A stretch of 60,703 nucleotides of DNA, counting the filler, from Catajapyx aquilonaris (lineage: Eukaryota): the NCBI GenBank assembly GCA_000934665.2. It is 2 parts of 2 records of this genome, joined end to end, with 100 filler letters (N's around TTAATTAATTAA, not from the genome) between each part and the next. Parts side by side here need not be neighbours in the genome. Positions count along the whole stretch, not along the records: positions 30,415 to 60,703 come from KZ539189.1; 1 more part is not named here. One strand, written 5' to 3'. Made by a program: the position numbers and the translations under genes. Positions 51,451 to 60,703 of this stretch are shown here, piece by piece. Under the pieces are notes generated by a model, which searched no databases, was not told where the DNA came from, and saw nothing but the letters and a program-made list of their open reading frames with translations. Positions within the stretch are counted from its first letter, which is position 1; each line of letters begins with the position of its first letter.

Positions 51451-52428
51451 TAGTTCCTAGGTAAAATAATGTAGAATAGAGATTTCTTTATTTGCTTGTT
51501 GCCATGATGTTTCGGCGGATTACTAATATGTAAAGGGTGGCATGACATGGTGAACGTCTCTTGTTCCGTAGCCTCATTCACGGGCCATTGAATTCCGTTT
51601 ATGACAGTGGCTCTACTATACCCAAAAAAGTAGTCTATACGCTGAGTTTAGTAGTTTCTCGGAGTCTGGTTTTGCCTGAGTGTGCCAGAGTTACGACGGA
51701 AGTGTTCACGGAGTTTCTCGAGTGTGCAACACCTAGATATACACATAATGACGATTTCACGTAGGCGTACTATCGTAAGAGAACACCCTTCTTTCTGAAT
51801 GGTTTAGTTACGTATGGATGCACCTGCTGCTAAGTGCAAATCTCTTTATGGGAATGAATGAAAGATGTGAAATGTCAAGTGGCACATCCCACGAGGCTTC
51901 TTGAAGCACGCGCAGTTTTTTTAAAGCACATGCAGTAATGCAGAGGAATTCAGCGTGGTATGCTGTTCTTATATAACAAAATAATGTGTCCAAAGTTCGG
52001 ACTTGTTGGATTTCTTCCGTACGTGGGTCAAGAGCAGTGCCCCTGGCGCAGAATGGGGCTGATAAGCCTTGATAATAATAATGCAGATGCAAGCAAATAG
52101 CTCAACCATGTACGACGTGTTGTTGACTTGCAGGCGTCCGGCAGAAGCGATTTTGTCCCGACTGATTGACCTGAGAACACAGCATCAGTCAACGAGGCAT
52201 GTTGTGAATCCTTGAACCAGTTGGTCCAGTTCAAGGGCAAACCTCATGATGTTTGCATGTTGTTGTTTTTTAAGTTGGATGGGGGGGNNGGGGGGGGGCT
52301 TCTCGCTCGCAAACTAAGGATACACCGGAATACTGCATGTCTATATTGATATTCCCATTAGTTAAGTTCGGACTGATTAGGGGGCACGGCAGTTCCCCCG
52401 CCCAGTATCATCTTTCTTGGGATTGTTA

Positions 52429-53017
52429 CGACGCGGGGCCTTTGGAAAGTCTTTGCACCTTTTTTTGCCACAAATACAGGTCGCATGCAGGTCGGGAGAT
52501 AGGCACACATCGATAGAACCTTTCCTGGAGCCTAATGCGCTGGTGTCATGGTGTGCCAACCTCTCCAGACCCTCCAGGAACCACCTTTCGGTGGTTCGGT
52601 GCCCCCACTCCCGGACAACTGTTTGCAGTCAACATCAATGTCCTCGAAATGATGTCCACGAAGGGTTTTTTTTTTTCATGGATTTGAACAGGTGAAAGTC
52701 ACCGGGGGCCAGGCCGGGGGAGAATGGCGGGTGTGGAAGCTCTCAAAGTTGTTCCCATTAAAAAGAAACTTCGCAGACACCATTTCGAGGCCATTGTTGA
52801 CAGTTGTTTACTATGAGCAGTTGTCCGGGTGTTGGTGGGCCGCACCACGAAAAAGTGGTTCCTGCTGGAGGGCCTGGAGAGGTTCCACACCATGACACCA
52901 TAGTGCATTCGGCTCCAGGAAGTTTCTATCAGTAATGTGTGCCTATCTGCCGACCTGCATGGGCCCTGTATTTGTGGCAAAAAAAAAGAAGTGTAAAGAC
53001 TTTCCTAACGCCCATCG
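52429..53017 (-). mobile_element. Mariner-derived foldback element
   Basis: Inverted arms of about 200 bp flanked by TA. The centre on the minus strand encodes LPHPPFSPGLAPGDFHLF (mariner YSPDLAPSD motif). It is absent from duplication unit B. Confidence 0.75.
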
Positions 53018-53354
53018 TATTAGACCATTCTCATGGGACAAGTCTCATGATCGAATCAAGTTCCGATTGTGTTGATCGGTTCCAGTTGATTCATCAATCA
53101 ATAACAATGAATGACGTAATCAGCAGTGCATGAACTGATCACGAGACTTCACGCTCTATCAGAGGGCATCACCATTCGCAGCTCGAAAATGAGGAATAAT
53201 ATAGTCGGCATAATCCGAGAATTTCGCCAATTAATTTTCATTCATATACAATCTAATGTTGCGTCACGTCACGTGGAGATGAATAGGTGATCACTGGAAC
53301 TATGACTGGAATCTACCAATAAATAGCTGCTCCGACGCTGGCACTCTCAACGTA

Positions 53355-53420
53355 TCCGGTATGGTCTAGTGGTTAGGATATTTCACCCGGGAGGCTCGGG
53401 TTCGGTTCCCGGTACCGGAA
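53355..53420 (+). pseudogene. tRNA-Glu(TTC) pseudogene
   Basis: TCCGGTA/TACCGGA acceptor stem, D arm TGGTCTAGTGGTTAGGA, TTTCAC loop and GGTTCG T arm. About 6 nt of the 5' anticodon stem are missing (66 nt total) and there is no oligo-T terminator. Confidence 0.8.
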
Positions 53421-53972
53421 CTCCCCCCCCCCCTACTCCTGTGAGAATTACGACTTCTCTTAGAATACTTACAACTGACATGATTTTTGCATGGACACGC
53501 AAATCAAAAAGTGTCACTGTGTTTTTGCCCCAGTGCCAGTAGGTGCATCTTCTGTACATTAACATACGACAGGCATAACCAGGCATGTGATAAAATTGTC
53601 CATAAGAAAATTTACAGATAGTCCGTGATAGGTTGCTACACTCGTAGGAGATCCTCTTCCTGTTTTAATTCGCTTGCTGTTCAGATGATGGATTTTGATT
53701 GTGGGAGGAACCTGGAGAATCGCGAGAAACCATTGTGAACACAAAGAAAAGCCCGTCAAAACTATTTCCCAATGGAATATCCTATGCTCGGCTCGGAGAT
53801 CGACCTCGGTACCTCAGGGATGGAAGCCATGGCAAGAACCACGATACCCCACACAAGAAAAATTATTATCGAGAAATTATTATCGTCATTTTTGAAACAT
53901 GTCTGGATTTTTCGCGATGTCATAGAGACACGTCTCATAATGTCCCATTGGCAGCATAAAACGTCTATATGG

Positions 53973-54430
53973 CAGTGGTTCTTAACCTTTTCGTACCTCC
54001 GCACCCTCTATACCAGGGGTGATTGATTAAGTTCATAGTTAGACTAAGTCCAGAGGTGCACCTTGCTCGCACCCCCTGGGGGTGCAGGCACCCTAGCAGT
54101 GGCGGATCCAGAAATTTTTTCTCGAGGGGGGGTACAAGGGAACTTCTCTGGGGAGAGGGGGGTGCAGGGTCCGCCGCAGGCGAGAATTTTTCCGGTTCAT
54201 GGTCACAACCCTTCCTCGCGACCCCAATTTTGGGGTCGCAACCGCAAAACGGAAAAGAACCCATAGAACAGTGCAATTTTGCACTGTTCTAGAAAGTTTT
54301 TGCGAGTTNNNNNNNNNNNNNNNNNNNNNNNNNNNNNNNNNNNNNNGGGGGGGGGGGGGGCACGTGCCCCGTGCCCCCGCCCCCCCTAAATTCGCCACTG
54401 CACCCCCAGGTTAACCCCTAAGAACCGCTG
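53973..54430. mobile_element. hAT-like MITE with a second nested hAT-like MITE (54097-54400); contains an N gap
   Basis: Outer ends CAGTGGTTCTTA...TAAGAACCGCTG and inner ends CAGTGGCG...CGCCACTG, each with an approximate 8-bp flanking duplication. Confidence 0.6.
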
Positions 54431-55629
54431 GTCTATGGTTTAGTTAATAATTATATTTTCCTTTTTCTTCTGGGACACCCACATGTTTGATATCACCTGT
54501 CGTGTCCGGTATCGACAGGTTTGTTATTGAAAAAAACAAACTGCAATGGCCAATTGGCCATGACATCATGTTTCGATTTATTTGCTGAATTAACTTATGT
54601 GCGATTCACATTATAGTTATTCACCCTGTCATATTTCTCCACTAAAAGTTGGTCATTATCAAAACCAGGTTATCTTCTTCTGGTCGAACACTTCAAAAGA
54701 CAGGAATTTCAGATTTAGCGAGTAATTATTATTTCACGGCCCAGGTGACCTTTCCCAATGGAAGGTGGACCCGATGTGAAAATGTTCCATAGGCTCTACA
54801 ATGAAAATAGGAATTTAGCGTTGAGTTGATGCCTGTAACAAAAAAATTAGCACACATTAAGATAGACAGTCATTATAGATGACCTACTCTAACGACCTTG
54901 CAAGTGCTTCTTATTCTTTGTTTCTCTTTGGAAGACAATGAGTTATCCTACCAGAGACTCGTCGTAACTGATACTCAGTCATACTGTACATTTTGGCCCG
55001 GGTTACTTATTGTCTACTTTACTTCTGTACTCTGCGTTATTGTGCCCGGCTAAAAACGGAATGAAGGTTTGTTGACTTGATTGTTGACGTTCTGATGTTT
55101 CAGAGCATCAACGTTCACACAGTTTAGGGCCTGGCATTATTATGCTGCGAAATCTCCTTCGTTGCGTAATTTATGCAGGTCATTAAATGCTGTTCAGTGT
55201 TCACAACGGATGCTCTGTCCACACGCCATGATTTCTCTCCATTGAATGGTGGAGCAGATCTTACATTTCCGTCACATCGTATAGATGCACTTGTTAAGTA
55301 CACTTCCACCCCCTGAAGATGAAAGATATATTGTGTGCCAGAAACAAAGCTTAGAAATGGCACATGTCTCGGGTTTCATTGTCAAAGGGCATGCAGGCAC
55401 TTTTTTAACGCCATAATGATGCCGTAATGAGAAGGCAATAACACACTATTTACGTACCATTTTGGTGCATGTCAATGCCAGTGCACCCGATGCATTACTC
55501 TGTACAAAGACGCTTTGTTTCTAAAAATCCACATTAAATCAAAGAATTGCGTCGTGCATGTCATTGACTTGTGACAGGCGCCCGCGAGATCTGACACTGA
55601 GAACACAACAGCAGATTTTGTTTACAAGT

Positions 55630-55911
55630 ACCGAAGCAGGTTGGCATAGTGGATAAGGCGTCCGACTGCTAATCGGGAGGTCCTGGGTTCGAATTCCGGG
55701 GCCGGCAACTCTGACCGCGGTTTTCTGTGGTTTCCCACGGTCCTTCCAGGAAAATTCCGGAGTTGCTTCCGTAAATAGGCCACAGCCGCTTCCTTCCGTC
55801 CCTATCCTGTCCCAAAAAGCGCAGTAAAATGAAAGCAAAGAGTTCCAGGCAAAACAAAACTTCCCCCCTAAAGAGCCGATAGGCTGATAACGGGGTATGA
55901 ATTATTATTAT
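55630..55911 (+). mobile_element. tRNA-derived SINE, family A
   Basis: Head TGGCATAGTGGATAAGGCGTCCGACTGCTAATCGG...GGGTTCGAATTCC and a 15-bp TSD ATTTTGTTTACAAGT. Confidence 0.88.
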
Positions 55912-56140
55912 ATTTTGTTTACAAGTCCCACTGCGAACATGATTTTATCCATTCAAAAGCACGCTTCCTGAGGTTGTGAAATTGCTACAAGATTGCAAGG
56001 AAACAGAGAGGTCACATGAATAAACTGGGGATTTACACGGTAAATTTTTGTTCAATTATAAATATACAATATTTAATTTTCTTGGCAGTACAATAACAAT
56101 CTTAGCATCCACCATCTTCTCAATGATACAGGCGATCAAT

Positions 56141-57004
56141 TCATATCAAATTCATATGGAATGTTCTAATCATAACACTTGTATATATCTGTAAAAAGAG
56201 TAGCTTATAGGGTGGGCTTCTTTCGCCGGTCCTCTTGGTCCCCACAATCATATGGTCCTCTGGATAAGTAAACCCCGCCATCTCCGGTCCAATATACGAC
56301 GACCCTAAACCTCGTCCTCAAGTAGGCCTACGTATGTCAGGGGGGGAGGAGGAGGCAAATCGTTTGTGTAGACTACCCGAATAATTTTATTCTGGCGAAC
56401 TCCTGTGCTTGACGATTGTTCAGGGATGCTCCTAACTTGCGGCTGTGACAAAGACAAGAAGCTCAATCACTTTCCATCCGGATAAAGTCGCGCTAGTCCC
56501 TCTCATCCGTGCACACGACCCACACCCAGATGGGACACCCCATAACTGACCAAGGGGGTAATCACTCGACTGAAAAGTGTGCACTGGAGTACCAAATTCA
56601 AGGAGTACCACGGAGTAATAAAGAGTGAGGTGCCTGAGGAGTACCAGGGAGTACCACTCCCAGGTGTACACCGGAGTACCGAAGTGATTACCCACTTGTA
56701 ACTGACTTTCACACATTCAGCACCCGAGCATTCAAGTCCAGACTGTGCACTCCCCCTCGGCTACGAAACAACTACCTGTGGCTAGATTACCATAGAATAA
56801 GATAGTACTTACTATGAGGGAGACTGTAAAAGCGACCCCTGCCATGAGCATCAAACCTCCTCCGACGAAGACGCAATACACTCCAAAATTCTTCTCATGG
56901 TCCACGTAATGACGAGGAATGTTGTGCTCTATTACCGCTGCGGCCCCAAAAAGTAAGATGCCGCTAAAGAAGAGAACTGATGCTAGTTGGCCCGACAATC
57001 CCAT
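56141..57004 (-). CDS. Two-transmembrane microprotein, copy B
   Basis: Exon 57004-56813 encodes MGLSGQLASVLFFSGILLFGAAAVIEHNIPRHYVDHEKNFGVYCVFVGGGLMLMAGVAFTVSLI, with the same GTAAGT donor as copy A. The homologous acceptor at 56188 gives IYTSVMIRTFHMNLI*. Without splicing the ORF ends at 56732. Confidence 0.62.
56551..56698. mobile_element. hAT-type MITE (148 bp) in the intron of copy B
   Basis: TIR CAAG.GGGTAATCACT / AGTGATTACCCACTTG, 8-bp TSD TAACTGAC and internal GGAGTACC repeats. Copy A has a single TAACTGAC (empty site) at about 49973-49980. Confidence 0.85.
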
Positions 57005-57738
57005 TATAGCCTGTTTTGTATAGTACGGCAAGTCTCTGGAAGCCCCTGGATCTGTCCCGTTCTGAGTCCAACAGAAAAGTGTGGGCGGACTACCCCCCCT
57101 CGTGGTGTGTACACCTTCTGGCCGCCTCTTATTGGCCAATGAATACAGAACAACTCGTCATGAAGGCGGGCTTCATTCAAAGTATCATCATTTTTTTTAA
57201 GGCTGCCAAGGCTAGCATATACTGCGTGTTTGGAGGAAAGGTTACCATATGAATGGAAAGAAAACTATGGAATGAATATTGTTTATTTTAAAAACTTGTT
57301 TTATTTGACATGCATATTCATGATGATGATGAATATTCTGTTGCTCTCCGGAAATTAAGGCCCCCACCAGAGACTTGTAGGCTACCAGGTACAACGTCCA
57401 ATTACAGCTGACTATGGTCACATTGTCTTCTTTAGGGCTTTAGGATTTAAATTTGAGTTATGGTTCCTATAGTTACATGTGGAATAGTGGTTTGTTTACT
57501 TTCTTGTTACTATTGTGATGTATAGCCGATAACTTACATGCAAAGAGTAGCATGTCGCAGTGAACGTCTTCTGTTCAATTGCGTCATTCACAAGACATTG
57601 AATCCTTTTGGGCCAGCCGATATAGACACACCGAGGGGTTGCACAATTCCCAAAAAAGTGCATACGGAGTTTCAGAGTTTGTCTGATTTTGCCGAAGATT
57701 TACGGAGTTTGGCGGAGTTCTCGAGGTTGCAACCCCTA

Positions 57739-57763
57739 TACACACACACACACACACATGAAC

Positions 57764-57852
<89 letters not shown>
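57739..57852. repeat. Compound microsatellite (CA)n-(GA)n-(GAC)n
   Basis: Directly visible. It is expanded relative to the paralogous site near 51740. Confidence 0.95.
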
Positions 57853-58641
57853 TTTCTCGCGCTGACATATCGAACACTCTAATTTTGGAATTGTTAGTGA
57901 CATCACATCGCATAGGTGTTAAGTGAAAATACATTATTTCTTTGCGGTTGAGTGAAAGACATGTAATTTGGAACAATACAACTTAGAAATGGCACATGCC
58001 CTGAGGTTACTTGGAGCACGCGCCTTCGCCTTTTTTCTTTAAACACCGTAATGTACCGGAATTCAGTGTGGCGTGATGCTGGTCTCGTGTAACAAAATAT
58101 GTTGCCAAAGTTCAGACTGGAATATTCTTCCGTGTAGGTCAAGATTAGTGTCATTGACGCAGAGTGGGACTGATAAGCCTTGGTAATAATGATGCGGAAT
58201 AGTTGAACCATGAGTGCCGTTGACTTGTAGGCGTCTGGCAGATAATGATTATATTTTGTCCCTGCTGATTTGACACCTGAAAACACAGTCATCGTTGTCA
58301 ACGAGGCTTGTTGTGAATTCTTGAACCAGTTCAAGGACACGCTTTTGCGTATTTTGAAAGCTGGGCGAGGAAGAAGGGGTGTCGCTCGTAAACTAAGTGT
58401 AACCTGAATACTGCTGCATGTTTATTGATATATTTAGTTAAGTTCGGATTGATATTACCTTCTTAACATTATGCCATTCACACGGTGCAAAGTCTCGTGA
58501 TAGGATCAGGTTCCGATTGTGTTCTTCATTGGTTCCAGTTGTTGATTGTTGATCCAGCAATCAATAACAATGAATGACGCAATCCGATAATATACCGTCG
58601 CCTACCCAGTCTATAGTACCGGTATATTCTCTGTTGATATA

Positions 58642-59076
58642 CAGGGTGTTCATGAAAAACACCGACAAACTCATACCAGTGGCAAATGGTAACGTGAGGG
58701 TCATTTTATGTAGAGGAGTCATTATGTCTACACCGCCTCATTACGGAGATAATTGACTCGTTGCTTATTAGCGACTTTTGCCTAATCGCTCCTTCTGACT
58801 TTTTAATAGAATTTACAGGTATAACTAGCCATAGAGGCCTTACCACCTGTGGGCAACAAACCAACAAAGTCCGGCCCCCAGACCTTCCAGACCCTTCTGA
58901 CTGGGGAAAGGTTCGTTGGGTGGCCTAACTTCCAGTATATTTTATACTACCTGTTTGAAGGCAACTTTCACGGTAATGAGGCGGCCCAGGAATAATCACT
59001 CATCTACATAATGTGATCGTCTGGTCACTAGGTCGGGGGTGATATAGGTTTGTCGGTGTTTTTCATGAACACCCTG
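58642..59076. mobile_element. Tc1/mariner-type MITE
   Basis: TA-CAGGGTGTTCATGAAAAACACCGACAAAC ... GTTTGTCGGTGTTTTTCATGAACACCCTG-TA. Confidence 0.88.
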
Positions 59077-60703
59077 TATAGATACATTGAGAGGGTCCAC
59101 CCGATAGTCGCAACTTCTAGTTTAGCTTTAGCGTATATTTTTCCTCTGGTCAAATATTGTTTAATGTAGTCTACCTGTGGAATTCGAGTTACAGTGTTAT
59201 CTTTTAAAACTGGAATGAAGGTTTGTTGACTTCCTTGTCGCCATGCTGATGTTGCGGAGGGTTACCCATCAGAATATGGCGGCAAGCTTCTAGTAACCTC
59301 TTCTGCTGCGTTGCATAATCCTCGTAGGCCTGGCCATTCACAGAAGCTGATTTGGACACACCGCGTTTTCTCGCACTGCATGCTTGTATAAAAACACCCT
59401 TCGTTCGGCACGATTCATGACGTCAAAACGTAGTAGGTGCTTTTGTATCGGGCAAATCCCGAGTAGTTAGTTATTCACTTTGGGTCATCCGGTGAACTGT
59501 CAAATAATGTCCATGTGGTAGTCCATATAGCTAGTCCGAACAAGGACAGCTTTAGGGGCAATTAACAACACATTGCTTACTGATCTTTAAACTTTCGGAC
59601 TAAAGTTGATTCGTTGAACGCACATTTAACAAACTGAACATTTTAAAATGTCCATGAATAGCACAATTTTGTTCCACTGCATAAAGCAATAATTTTCAAA
59701 ATCCTCATTTTTGAACTTCATGTGGCTGAATGTATTGAATTCGGCACATATACTCACCACGATAGATAATTTCTGTGCAATTTTTGCAGTCAGATCTTCA
59801 ACTCGTATCTTGTCAGACTCCTTCTCCTGCAACTTGATGTGGATTGGAGGATAACATTACTACGGAAAGAAGATTTGAGCAGGTATTTGTTAGCTGAATA
59901 CATTTCATGTATGGTAACGATATGAAATACATGCTAAATATAAATATAATTTCGAACGACAAATGGAGTTCATATCGTAACAAACTTAAGTGAGACCAAA
60001 ACTTAAAGTAATCATTAGGAATGTCTACATTAAGTTTTCGAGTTATAGGCTGCACTACAGAGTGCTTTAAAATTTGGACATTCTTTTTCGACGACCGTGT
60101 ACCTTTTAAATTTAAATCTAGCCTCACAAGCGATAAGAATCTACACTTTGGTGAAGAAATTTTGAATAATCGTCAACGCTCGCGAGTGGCAGATCCTGAG
60201 CCCGTTTTATCCAGGTTCTTGGCAACCCTCGGAACCTCTCCATTACAAAGAATTCCAGCCCGGCAAAGTTTATACATATAATATATTTCCCACACATAGA
60301 CATAGGTACGGGTTGTGTATGCCTATGTATATTTTTACACAAAGTAGGGTAGTTATTAGCTTCACAACGCAACAGTTGGCACGCCTGCAAATCAGGAGAA
60401 ATTTCGCAAAGGAACAGCCTGGGAACAGCAGAGTAATGATTAAATTAGATTTTTTACATCAGAATTTTGGGCAATCAGAAATATACTGTACATGTATAGC
60501 TCCACAGTACCACAGCAATCTTAGTATACACAGTAGATCAATATTGTAACATATAACATACAAAGTTAAGGCGTTATGTGATATCAATTCAAATTAACCC
60601 TAACCGAATATTATACACCGACGTCTAACCAATAATGTGATGTTAATTATTCCATAGCTATACCTAAGAGCAAAGTTAGTACAGGCTATTGCTGTCTCTC
60701 TGG

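Larger units (their letters stand above)
47950..58585. repeat. Tandem segmental duplication (unit A about 47950-53130, unit B about 54960-58585)
   Basis: Colinear similarity: 49400-50575 with 55940-57240, 51540-52375 with 57540-58450, 53040-53120 with 58490-58580, and 48080-48200 with 55050-55190. A third flank copy lies at about 59200-59390. Confidence 0.85.

Noticed and set aside
55630..55705. Possible tRNA-Ser gene (also at about 40815 and 11950)
   Set aside because: It continues into a shared body and tail with a TSD, so it is a SINE head.
56580..56690. Interspaced GGAGTACC repeats resembling a CRISPR or iteron array
   Set aside because: The units are 8 bp with irregular spacing inside a TIR/TSD-bounded hAT MITE in a eukaryotic genome, so they are subterminal repeats.
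57538..57976. ER/R-rich and SL/V-rich ORFs
   Set aside because: These are translations of a compound microsatellite.

Overview
Eukaryotic, most likely arthropod, genomic window with short spliceosomal introns and many repeats. It is not prokaryotic, so the ORF track shows only exon fragments. 0-8 kb: tandem cluster of three divergent Cys-loop (nAChR-like) subunit genes: the last exon of one, a complete non-alpha gene of about 418 aa, and a complete alpha-type gene of about 399 aa that needs a GC-AG intron. 8.6-11.8 kb: a gene for a single-Ig, Dpr-D2-like, probably GPI-anchored protein, plus a pseudogenised tandem paralog. 12.9-26.5 kb (minus strand): proteasome activator PA200/PSME4 ending in the YYA motif, with a LINE and a nested mariner in a large intron and a decayed partial 5' duplicate at about 27.7-28.1 kb. 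28-47 kb: MITEs, SINEs and foldback structures, a very young LTR element (206-bp LTRs, one mismatch) carrying one intact 665-aa ORF with no recognisable gag/pol motifs, a decayed C2H2 zinc-finger gene and a divergent RpS3 paralog. 48-59 kb: a tandem segmental duplication in which each unit encodes an unrecognised two-TM microprotein, plus a tRNA-Glu pseudogene. Exon structures were read by hand and no database search was possible.
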